Of a stretch of 64,000 nt of DNA, positions 13,910 through 26,800 are shown piece after piece. Below the pieces are notes generated by a model, which was not told the origin of the DNA, made no database searches, and saw only the letters and a list, made by a program, of their open reading frames with translations. Made by a program: the position numbers and the translations under genes. This DNA comes from Aplysia californica (taxonomy: Eukaryota). The stretch covers positions 71,749 to 135,748 of the forward strand of contig NW_004798145.1 of the NCBI RefSeq assembly GCF_000002075.1. Reading direction: 5' to 3'. Position 1 is the first letter of the stretch. Every line of letters starts with the position of its first letter.

Positions 13910-14837
13910 CTATTGTTCTAAAACAGATAACTCTGCTTTTTGCTCGTTTGGCATGTACATCTCGGAATCATCAAAAGAACAGCTCTGGCTGTAAGAGTTC
14001 TGGGGATCGGCAAAACTCCCTTCTCCATTACTACTGGCACCGTTATCCGAGGGAGGCAACTCCTCCCCAAGAGGTTCGAGGGCACCAGGTGCCGTCGACT
14101 TATTCTCGGATGCTGTCGGGCTAGTTACAGGAATGGCTGGAGTCCGCACCAGTTTGAAAGTCCGCTGGTCGTTATCCGTGAGGTTTTCCGATGTAGGAAT
14201 GACTACTCCATTGCTGGGTTCATCCCTGTTGAGACCCATGGCAAGCGGCGGAGTTCCTGTCTCAATGACGCTGACAGAGTGCCTGAAAGCGCTGACTGAG
14301 GATGGGACTGTCACTTGGAAGAAATTGTCATTTGACGGCTTGAAGATGTCTTCCCGCTCATCCTCTTCGGAAATGATATTCTTATTCCCTGCCTTTGACG
14401 ACACCACACGTTGACCTCCATCATTGTTTAACTCCGACGCTTCTCGCACAGGGGACGCTGAACTGGAATGACCATTGGAGGGAGCGCTAGGGTCAGCTGC
14501 GCCACGAACTGATGAAGGAATGCCGTTGGCCAAAGGACGGGCCGACTGGGGACAAGACATTGAGTGTATCAGCTTTGGTCTTTTTGGGAGCTCGGCTGCC
14601 AATGTGCTGTTGGTCCCATCCATGTCAGCCATACTGATGCCCTCGCTGACCACCGAGTTTCCATCTCCACCGCGCGTTGACGGGGCTGCTGAGTCATAGT
14701 CCGCTGTGATGTCTTTCCTGAGGTAACCGGAGGAGGGGCTAGAGAGGGCCTGGCTCCGCCTACTGTTCTGGGAGCCTCCGATGCTGGTTGTGGGCGGAGA
14801 CTGTAAGGGAGTGCTTTTCCGTTGCTCAGCAGAGCTC
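13910..14837 (-). CDS. UVRAG: UVRAG exon 16 (terminal; S/P/T-rich disordered tail)
   Basis: Acceptor tttcag, phase-2 join, open to the stop at 13910; contains ORF-track ORF 13910..14653. Confidence 0.85.
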
Positions 14838-17800
14838 CTGAAACGTATAACGCTTTCGTAAGATTTTTAGGGCACTTAAAACAAAATTAGGTCATATAAG
14901 TGCTAAAGATTAGAGAGGTGTTACACCAGAGTAACAAACAAAAGGAATAGGAATAAGGATGAGAAATGTTAGAAGGAAAGAAGGAGCAAACCCTACAAAA
15001 CTCCTGCTAACCACCCACAATAGAAGATGCAAACATGATGCCTCTAAAAAACTGCTTTTGAATAACAAAAAGGTCCAGCACTATATCAGACATTTCACAG
15101 CAACTTCTCATACTGAGCACTGATTTTTTAAAGTTCTGAACTTATTTCTTGTTTTCCTGATCTAAAAGAGGAGAGGGCAAGACATGGCCCACAAGTAAGG
15201 TAATGAATTAAAACAATATGTAAACACTTGTTGAAATTACTTTACACACATAAATGTATACAATAATGGTCAGTTGAAAATTATTTTTACTCCATGTCAC
15301 AGAAACAGCAGGCTCTACCTAATTGTTCCCCTATTAATATCCTGAAAGGTCAGGACACAATTGCAATTCTGTAAAAGGCCTTGATAAGATATCAAGATCG
15401 TGCTAAAATCGAACCACTATTATTTATTTAAGATAGCTGATTATAAACCAGAAAGACGATTTGAGCAGCCTTTCTAAACCGTAAAACTAGCTAAACCGAA
15501 TAAAATTTAGCTGTCCCACAAATTTCAGTTTAAGCCGACTCCACTGTTTGTTCGGTACAAACAGAGAACAGGTGGGCCACCAAAATCTAAAAATGAGCTC
15601 TAGAACGCTCATCAATCACTGACATCACAGAAACACAGCAGAACTATTGGAAAAAAAAGAGAACATTTGGGATCTCAGACAGCCAGACTGTTGGAAAAGT
15701 CTTGAGAAATATAGACAACCTTTACTTTTATTCCAGTTGTAAATGTGGTCATTCTATCACTTCATTTATTCTCTTTTTTGAATTACTAGGAGTGGTATTG
15801 ACTGCTGCACTCAATGACACCAATATAATTCATAACTGCCATCATCCTCTATTTAGTCCTGTCTTCAAGGGCTCAGATAACTTCATGAATTTTCATGGTG
15901 CCACCAATGAGAGAAGCAAGTGGTCCCCCTTTTCTTCTTTTTCCCCCTCAGTCTTGCTTGCAGACGGTGTCCATAATTCTTTCTCCATTCCCTTTTCTTT
16001 TAATTAAGAATTTGCCCTCATACAACATGAAGGACCAAGGTATATATTTTAATACTATCATTTACTACTTGATTTTACCAGAAGAGCTTTACCAATCTTT
16101 ACCCTAAACTGTCTCATAAAAGATGCAACAAAAGGGTGAGGTAAGTACTTTCCTCTTGCTGCTTGGAGGCTGACAGGTCTCTCCCAAACCAACAAAGTTC
16201 TGGCTTCAGAAAAAAAGGGCTGCCCCTTCATGCAGGTGTGTCAAATGCAAATATAGACCTCCAAGGCAACACAACACCTTAAAAATTAACTGTGACCGTT
16301 ACCTGCTTCTTGACTTCAATTAGCGTCATAATCTGAGTTTTAGAAAAAAAAGCAAATCGGCACAATAATAGGCATTTAGTGTGGAGAAAAAAAAGCAATC
16401 GAGAAAAACAAATACAAAGGGAGAGAAAAGAAGAAGGACCTTCCAGTAAAGCCCTCCAAACACATGCAAGCAGAACATGTGATGATTAGTAAGCAAAAAA
16501 AAAAAAAGGCATGAAGTTCATATTGAAGAGAGCAATTGGATAATTTTTAATTTAGTAATCTTTTGGCAGCATGCATGTACGCGGGGGAGAACTTACGGAG
16601 GTCTGACTCCGAGTCTCTGCTCCAGGAAAGACCTCAGGTTGGGCAACGTCTGCCTCAGGTCTGGAGTGCCCATGCCACAGTAGAAGCGTAGCTGAGACAA
16701 GGAAGAGATGGGTGAGCCAAGGGAGGGTCAGGTGGGGAGGGAGGGGGGAGGGAGGTTATGATCATAAGAACAAAAAGCCTACTGTAACCCAAGTGGGAGT
16801 GAGAACAAGGACATTGATAGTAATGATACAGTAATGGTTATTGAGAGAGACAGAGAGNNNNNNNNNNNNNNNNNNNNNNNNNNNNNNNNNNNNNNNNNNN
16901 NNNNNNNNNNNNNNNNNNNNNNNNNNNNNNNNNNNNNNNNNNNNNNNNNNNNNNNNNNNNNNNNNNNNNNNNNNNNNNNNNNNNNNNNNNNNNNNNNNNN
17001 NNNNNNNNNNNNNNNNNNNNNNNNNNNNNNNNNNNNNNNNNNGGAGGGGGCAGACCGGGGGTGGATATACTCAGAGCACCAAAAACCCTGACCTCAACCC
17101 ATCTTTTTGTACACACTGACAACAATTGTTAAGTGCATGGAAAATAGAAGACTGAAATAACTTGGGATGAAGACAGAAACACAACCCACCAGTAGCATCT
17201 CCAATCACCCACTGAGTGTACTTGGGTATTGCTTCCCTAGCAAGCATAATCACACATAATCTTAGTATAATTTGTGCAGTGTAGTGAAAACAATACTGGT
17301 TCCATCATTTACCTCTGGAAACTCATTATGACAGTACTGAGCACAAACAACTTATTCGTTTTACCTTTCCCCCTTTTTTTTCAGTGACAACACACACTGA
17401 TTTCAAACAAAAAAACCACCCCAAAACTCTTGGTGATGAGATTCGCATTTGTGATGTAATGGCTTAGCTTTTCACCATTGAGCACAGAATATGTGAGTTT
17501 GATTTCTGAGGAGGGGGGGGAGGGGGGCAGAACTAAGCTCTGGGGCCACAGATCAATGTCAAGATTCATCACACTATCACTATCTGTCTCTACTACTGGA
17601 CCTATATCTAGATCGCAACGTTCACTGTTAGTAATCCCTGCAGTCTTCTCTTCCACTAGCCTCTACATTACTAGGGTTAGCATTGCTGCTGTAATCTTCT
17701 TCAGCACTAAAAAGGTCTAGATCCCACCCAGCCCATTAACATACGAGTCCATCAGTTTGAAAATATAGTGAGGTTCTTTCACCATTGTGCCATATGCGTT

Positions 17801-20800
17801 TTGGGTCGTCCGAGAAAAAAAAAGGAAATTTCATTCAGGTATCAAGGGATGTAACTAAAAAAATGCTCAATCAGCTCAAACAGGACAGCAATTACAAACC
17901 CGCAAAGACCAGCCATGAAACACACCAGGTGACAGTAGAAAATAAATGGGAAGCTCAAAAGTGGGGAGTTGTAATGACAATCCCTGACCATTGAATTTTC
18001 ACGAGACACCTTGAGTAGGGGCAGCGAGTGAGTTAATACTCACTCAATTACAATCATTGCAATCATTGGTGATGAAGGCATTTTATAAGGTGTAGAGACA
18101 CAGATCCTGTAACTCCCTCTTCCCCCACAACGTACCTGGCTCACATTCTTGTTCAGTAGAAAGACAGCGTAGTTGAACTGAAACTTCTCCTTGCCTTTGC
18201 TATATAACGGAAACCTGAGATATACATATATATATACATATTACACATTTGAAAAATTGTTGTTGTTTTTTTATGCAGCTGTAGCCTTGGGTAGAAAAAA
18301 ATATCACAGGAAAACGTACCATTGGGTTATGAAAAAAATGTGACCTTAGATTTTGAATAAAAGAATGAACCATACGAGTGTCAAATTAAAAATTAAAACT
18401 GTTATCATAGATGAATCTCCAAAAACAATTAATATAAAAAAAATTAATAAAATGAATTGAGACTGCTAAATCATATTGAGGGCAGTAGAAAGAACTACGC
18501 AGAATGTGGGTAAAAGCGTTTCTTCATTCTTAGAGTCACTGTCAAAGCACAAATATTTTTTGACATTTTAGGGAACGTTTTTCTGAGTTGAATTGCATTC
18601 TGCACTTATAATCTTATTTTCGTCAAGATTTCAGCCTACGTCCGCTGGTTTCTGTCAAGTCATATCTTTTATCTCCCATCTTGTTGCATTTTGCTCTTTT
18701 TCTGCTCAATGTTTCATGCATTCACAGACTTATCCCACCAGCATCTGGGTGTGATGGTTAATTGTTTGTTCGACTCACTCTCTATCCTTATCCGCTAGTT
18801 TGCTGTGCACATGATCTATGATCAAGGACCGGGAGCCCCGATGCACCATGGGATAGCGCAACGGCATGTCCATGAAGTGGGACAACATCTGCGTCAGGTG
18901 ACAAGTGAAGCCCAATGCCACGGCAACTCTGGTTTCGTCCTGACCTACAGGATATAAAAAGGAGGAAATCATTTTTTGTTGTTCTGAGAAAACTTTTTTA
19001 AAAAGGTGGTAACCTGAGACATTATGTCTCTTTTATTGGATTTATTGGCCACATATTAGTTTTAGTAAGAGTTCTACGGCCCTCACAACTGCATAAGGTC
19101 ATATGAGCGTGTGCCATGAATAGGCAAGCGTGGGGTCAATTACTCTCTGCTTTATGTACCCGACAGTATGTGTAGAGAGTAAGAAAGTAAGTTTTGGATT
19201 TATAGTACATGAAACAAAATCCTGCAATACTGAGGAGCAAAAACAAGTAACAGGAACATTTACCATACAAATAACCGGAAACCTGAAAAATAAATTGACA
19301 TGCACTTTGACAATTATTTTGTTTTGACAGGTGGAAAATAAATTGTCACAACATGTCCTAACAAAGTAAAATCCAACATAGTTTAAACTGCAATAATGCC
19401 TCAATATTGAAATTCTGATCTAGAGAATTTAAATGCTCCACTAGATTTTTGTTATCATTTAGGGTAATAATAATAATCATAATAACATTGATATAATAAT
19501 ATAGCGCATTTTGACTAAAAAAGCCCAATGTGCTTTACAATAATACAAAGAACATAGTTCCAATAGCGATCCTTTCACTCTACCTCTCTCTCTCATCCTC
19601 TACCCACTACCTTTCACTACATGAACTTTAGTCCAATTTACCACATTTCTTTGTAGGAAAAGATCAAACTATGCAAAATACACCATTACAGAAATTTTGA
19701 TTTCATAGTGACTGTACTATGATGCAATTATCAAGGATAATGTAGTACTCACAGGTCCACTGTCAAAAATTTCTCATTAAAAAAATTGAAGTACTTTTAA
19801 TAATTTTATCCCCTTTCTTTTACAAGTGGAGCAGCTAAAGAAAACAGGAATACCTATGGGGTTTTGTGAAAATAATTGAAAATTTAAGAAGTTCCATTTG
19901 CGAACAAAAATACAGTTAGTAAAGACATGCAGAGAATATAATAGTTTTGAAAATTGATTTCAGGGAGATTTTGTCAAATTTCGTTGAATTGAGCAAAAAT
20001 GGCATTTTTAAAAAATCCATCCATGAGAGGGAACCTGGCTGGCCCCTTATTTTTTACTGAATAAAAATGAAATCGATAGGCTGTAAAAAAACATGTATAG
20101 AGGGTGAACTTACCTTGATAATCTTCCGCATTGGGTAATTTTACTTTGACTATGTAGAAGTTTTGCTTCTCATCCTGAGGACACAAGAGGAATATCATTT
20201 AAAGAGATTGTGAGTAGCAAATTAACATTGGCCAATCCTGGCTGAGAGGGATACAACTTCCCAGTAGACAGACAGACACACATGATCTCAAAATTTGCCA
20301 CCAATTTCTTGAAATAGACCTGCATGTGAGCCTCAACCAGATTGTCTGAAAATTTTGCGAAACCCCCCTCCCCCCGCACCCCATGAGAGCTTTTGTGGGT
20401 GTCATAAAAAGGACTTCCGAGTAGTGAGCGACCACCCCAACAAATACAATAAAGAAGAGACCTAACCCTACCAAGAAAGAACCTGCAACAGGCCTCATGT
20501 AAAAAGGCCAGCACAAGTCCAAAATGACAAAAAAAAAAAAAAAAGTAAAAACCACACTCCAAAACAAACAAGGAGCATGTATGGTCTACATCTAGATCTA
20601 CTTTGCTATAATAGGGTTTGATACAATTTAGAATTGGAATATGAACCCTCCATATAGATCTAGATTCTAGATCTAGATATCTAAATAAATCTAGATCTAG
20701 ATCTAGATGTTGTAGAACAAGTGAATAGGAATAGGCCTTGAACTAGAAATCCGCATCTGATTCCGAACAATGGGACTCAGCTGAGTCTAGATTCTAGATC

Positions 20801-23800
20801 TAATCTAGATCTAGATTCTATAAATAAATAATTCACGCACCTGATGAAAATGCTTTTTACCAACATTAATATTACAGCACAACCTATGATAGGGTTTGAC
20901 ACAATAGAATTGGAATATGAATCCTCCATTGAAGTCTATAATGATCTATATAAATCTAGATTTAGAAATCTAGATCTAGATTCTATTAGTATTCGCATTT
21001 CTACTCAGGTTCCGACAATTATGTTGGAAACGCCGAAGTCGGCACGAAAACGAAAGTGCCGACAAACCCGACGGGAGAAAAAGGGGGTGCTGGCAGTCGG
21101 CCAGGTCTCGTACTACGCACATTGACTAATACAGGTGGGCCTAGCGATAGCATCGGCCGGCTCGCGGGTGTCAGATTTCAGACGATTGTCGGCAAACATG
21201 CAGGTCTACTGAAACTTCTGGCCATAGCCACTTTTGGGGATATCTATAGAACTTAAGGGCATTCATAATAATATACAGAAATTTTGACTTAAATAGATTA
21301 TTTCTGGCTTACTTTTGTAATCTGAGCCCAATGTAGCATACAAAAGATTAGTCACAGACCACTCAAGATTGAAATTAGAACTTCAAGAAAAACAATGTGA
21401 GATTATCAAGTTCGTCAGAAAACTGATATATAGATCTACACGTTTTTACACCAACTTCGTATCTTGCAATTTTCATTCTTTAAACCTGCACTATATTAAG
21501 ACATGATGTAAAACAGTTTCCGGGAAAACTGTAAAGTAGACAAAAATAAATTTTCACTTTGTTCTGGACTTACAGTTTGAAATTTATTAACATCCATACA
21601 TTGTTTAAAGAAAATTTGGCCCATATATCTAGTGAAAATTAAAATAATTTCAGTGGTCAAGTAAAATTGTGAAGGAAAGTCTAAAATGACAAACACAATA
21701 CCTTTCGTTAGGTGTAAGTTTGGTCACAGGTCGCAAACAAATGTGAAGTGTATAGCATTAAAAAATATCTTCTGCATAACCTTCAGATTTGCGATGTCTT
21801 TTAAACTACAACAGGTACATTGGGGTTCCTTCATGACTTGCAAAGCCTATAGAGCCAAAGCTTACAGCAATAGCTTCCATAGCAACCTTTAGAGAACTCA
21901 TATCAGATGCTAGAATAAAGCAGGTCACTCCCCCCCCCTCTCTGTGGGAGGGAGGGGATGGGGGAGGGGAAACCAATAGCTCAGTTGGTATCAGGCTAGG
22001 CTATGGTGCAGATGGCTGTTAGTCAAATCCAAAGAGTGGCCTCTTGAGTTGCAGGGCTGTTTGGTAAATTTTCAAGGAGTACTTCCACCCATATAGCTCT
22101 GTAATGGCAGAGATGGGATGACAATCTCAGGGATCCTGCCTCGTAGATGTCTTTGTAGCATTGAAGAGGGAGGTAAACTCATACAACTACAAATTCAAGA
22201 CCTGATGGTATAGACATCTAACCCCAGAGAAGTAGAGTCCATGTGGTCCTACCTCGTTAATAGGGTAGATGTAGTGCGCCATTTCACTGATGATCTGTTT
22301 CCGTCTGTATTGCACTTGGGCATTCTCTTTGACTAACATCTCCCTGTGGACAGGCAAAATGTCAATCAACTGATTTGTTTTAGTAAGCGTTTTATGGCAC
22401 TTGTAAGACAATTAGGCAATATAAATGCTGAAGATTAGAGGTATTACAAGAGAGTAACAAACACAAAAAAAGGAAGAGAGGTTAGGGCAATAGTTGTTTG
22501 ATAGGAAAGAAAGAGTAAACCATACCTGTGCACTCACCAACCACAGGCAAAATGTCAATCAAGTGGATGAACATGCAGAAGGACAAAGGGCTGGTGAACT
22601 TGAGAGAAAAGAAAGCCTCTACAGCAACCTCAATCAACAACACTGCTGACAAAAAAACAAACAAAAAAACTCCCAAACTCCCCCCCCCCCCCCACACCAC
22701 CAACAACAAAACCCACCATGTGACATTCAGTTTCCCACTTCAGCAACTGGCTATATATTATTGGCTGGCTGTTTAGATGTACCAAGCCTCACATTTTGAA
22801 CATTCTTTTCATTGCAGGTTTTCAATCGGTGGCATTTGTTGCATGAGCTAAAAAAATGTTGTGTTGAATTAAGTTCTAAATTTGGAAAAAAAGTAAGAAA
22901 GGCTACAAGTATACATGAAGGATTGTTAAAAGAATGAAATAGTTTTTTTTCTCACAACTGAAAAATGTCGCTTTCTCAGCTTAGAACAGTTGAATACCTT
23001 GCTAAAGATATGTTCTCTGATAAAAAAGAATTCTGAAGATGTATATGAATCTGAAAAAAAAATATATTCAAAATCTTTTTTTGAACTTAAACACAACGTC
23101 TGAGCAGCCTACCTGGACTGTATATGCAAGGTTCTGTCTTCTTCGCATTTGTTGCCTCGAGAGGTCATGTGAGTGTGGTCTTTTCTGAGTTTTTCCACTG
23201 ATTAGAAAAGCGTGAGATGATAATATTAATAATAATAATAATAAAATCAAATGAGCCTGAACAAACACTGCTTCATGTTGCCAGCTACAGGACAGGCAAT
23301 GACAGATAATGATGCAGATATTGTCCTTTAAATAACATAGTATATGCTTTAAATAACATAGTATATGCCGGGAACAGGATAGGTAATCACAGGTAGTCAG
23401 GCCAATATTCCATCTTTGTGTTATTGTAAAGCTCATTGAGCACTTTCCTTGTGGAAGTGTGCTAAATATACACGTATAGTGGAGTCTGCTTAAACCAAAT
23501 ACATTTTTATCTAAAAACAGCAGCAAAAAGAAAGAAAATAAAATCCCCGATTTTTACTTCTTTGTCTTTGTAAGAAAGCAATCGATTAAGCTAAAATGTG
23601 CCCATTTCTAAACCAAAAAGAATTTCAACAGTTATGTCAACGAAATCTTAACTAGCAACCCCCAAGTAATAAAAATCATCGAATCTTGTGAGCTTCAAGA
23701 TAGCGAAACAAAAGAAATGGGACAAGAGAACCCATGTGCATTGATTGCGGTTCAGAAAGAGGCATTACCAGTGTACAGCTAGCCTACATTAATCACGTAA

Positions 23801-26800
23801 ATCAGTACGTCTACACACAGTGTTTACACCTAGTCAAGCAAGGATAACGAGTGTGTGTGTGTCACGCGACCTTTGGTTGGTCATGACCTATTGTTTCTGC
23901 GAAGTTAGTTCACAAAGGCACTAGACATGAGCATGTGATCATATGTGGTGTGTTTCATTGTGTCACTGGCATCGGGCTTTATCACTAAATTATCACATCT
24001 CTAGACTAGCGCAGAGCAGAGCACAATGTGCAGAACAGTATGCTGATTACTTTTTCAAGTGTTCTGTGAGACTGTGAGTTTAAGCAAGCTGGCAATGTAG
24101 AAAAGAAAGTGCAAGGCGCACAGCCTGCAGATCAAATTGCAGTTACCAAAAAAGGCATCCACAAGTCACACTGTTGACAATCATGGCAATTTGAGCAACC
24201 CTCTCTGGACCGAAAACAAGGCTAAACCAGAGAAAATCTAGCGGTACCATAGACGTCAGTGTAAGCAGACTCTACTGTATTCGTGTGTGTGCATAAAGAA
24301 AGATGCCAGTTGTCTGCAAAGCTATTTTTGAACAATGGGATGAAAAGGACAAAAAAGTTATACCTGGTCAAAAATTTAGTTCCATTAGAAAACACATGTT
24401 TAACCATTTCTTAATAACACATTAAAACTATTTTATAATATTTTAAGTCTAAATATTTTTTATTAGCTATTTTTGCTACATGCTGTACTTCACCAAAGGT
24501 TAAAAATGTGCTAGAAATAGTGTTTATTTTTCCAAACTTTGTTTTTACACCTTGTGTTACTAAATGTGGCATATCTTTAACTACTTAAGTGTTTAAAAAA
24601 TCAGCGTGTTCAGCATAACATTTGCAACAAGAATATGCCCTTACTTCAACAACAAAATTTCCGACAACTGGGACTTGTCCCCAGGCACACACTTATATAA
24701 TTTATTACAATAATTACACAAAATGATATAGTGTTGCTATTTGCGTATAAGTGTTGTGTTGTGTTGTGCTGATGAATTATTTGTATGAATGTATATGTAT
24801 GAATGAATGCCACTGTAAAACAAATTCCCCCATGGGGATCAATAGAAGCCTATACTAATTTTGAAAAACTTTGATACAAGACTACACCTGTATGATACAG
24901 CTACTCACATCTTGCATCCTGCTCTGCCTTGAATTTTTCCAGCTTTTCTTCCTCTGCCTGCCTCTGCTGCGTCTGCCACAACAGCTCTCGACGGAGTTGT
25001 CTCACTTTCATTTCTAACATTTCTCTCTGCGATAACTGAAACATTAGCATTGGAATTCTACACTTTCTGCTTCTAACAGTGAGTGGTTGGTGGGCACTCT
25101 AGTGTGGTTTGCTCCTTCTTTCCTATCAGATGCATCTATCGTCATTATCTCTACCCTTTTTCCTTTGTAAATGGTCGCTTTTAAGGACAAGCAGGCTGAC
25201 CCAGATTTCGGGGGTTTCCAGAAATCTTGACCTACACCAAAAGTGGGCATTGCCGTACCTATAGGAGAAGTTTGGTTCCATTGATATGTATATTTGTTTG
25301 GTTATAGAGAAAACTCTCCTTGTTTTTAATGAAAATGAACAAGGGGCAAAAACTTTACCTTCGATTTTCTCAAAACAGCATTTTTCGGGATGGCCCCCTT
25401 GTGCTTAAAAGCGACCATATTACTCTCTACTCTCAAGTAACATTTCTATTCTATTCTTCAGCACTTAGTGACCTGAGCTGCAACAGCAATAGATCTTTTA
25501 CTAAAACTACATCAAACCACATTATCGTGAACACCTTTTGCAATGAAAGGTGGAGCCTTACAGAAAAAGAATAATAATAATAATGTATGACATTTATATA
25601 TATCGCCCAATCCTGATTTAAGTACACAGGCTCTGATGATATTACAAATACAGGTAGCAACACATAAACAGTATGTTGTCTTCTGACTAACAATTTAGAT
25701 ATATCTTTTTAATCTAAAAACTAAAATGACTAAAGTTGGCTTGCAAATGAATTAAATGATCAGATCTTTCTTAAATTACCAGGCAGTGCCTTCCTGATCT
25801 TGAGAACAAAACATACCTTCATTTTGTGTTCATGAGAAGAAACCTTACAGAGGCAAAGTGATACCAAGACTAACAACCACACATGTAACATATGTGTAAG
25901 GAAAGTATCATCTTTATGTTATCTCAATTACATAATTAGAACACTATCACCACATGTTCAGCTGTAATCCATTAAGTCTTTCCACACCCCTAAGCAATAA
26001 ACTTGCACTACCTTTTCAGAGTTCTCAGTGGAAGACAGTAACCTGTCTTCTATACTGGAATGGATGCGTGTCACTGAAGCCTGTGTCTGTTTGATGGCCC
26101 TTCGCACAGTGTGGATCCTGGGGAAATCGTATTTCCACTTTTGTTTACAGCTCATTCATCTTATAAAATATTTCATATGAATAAGAAATCAACTGACGTC
26201 ATCAAAAACAAATCCCCCCCCTCCACCACACAAAGCGAGCGATTTTGACAAATCTGGAAGTGTGACCCTAACAGTCTGAGTGGACATGGAACAATTGGCT
26301 TTTCAATTTTTTAAACATCAAAGAAAAATAAAAATCAAAATGGACTTTCTAAGCTAAAAAAAAAAGAGTAGTTGGCTTTCTAATGCCATAACACGAGTTG
26401 ATGAAATGTAGGTCACACCATGATGAGTTTTGTGACAAAATGCGTTGTATCCAAAAAGTTGAAAAAGAGGAATGTACTCATTGTTTGATTCACATTACCA
26501 TGTATGCCACTGAAGAAAACTAAAAAATCATGAATGGAAGTAGGATACAATCATTTTTTGTTACATTACATTTTGATACAACATATTTTAACTCTTAGTC
26601 AGAAGTCAGTACATCTAGTGACGAGGTCTTGTATATGTGCCACTGTGGCTGCTTATCTACACAGTAGAAGCTGGGGGGGAGGGGGGTGTAATCCTTTGTA
26701 GTAAGGAATAGTATTCTCTTATTTAGTCCATGACCTTATTGTGTTGCAAGTGCTGTAAAACTCGTCTAAAACTAAAGAAGTCCAGTTTTTCACAGGAAGT

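Noticed and set aside
13940-14699. Plus-strand ORFs (119, 93, 74 aa) overlapping UVRAG exon 16
   Set aside because: Antisense shadows of a GC-richer coding exon; no independent support.
17381-17790. Acidic ORF-like segment in UVRAG intron 14
   Set aside because: Interrupted by stops, no usable splice context, and UVRAG exons 14 and 15 join without it.
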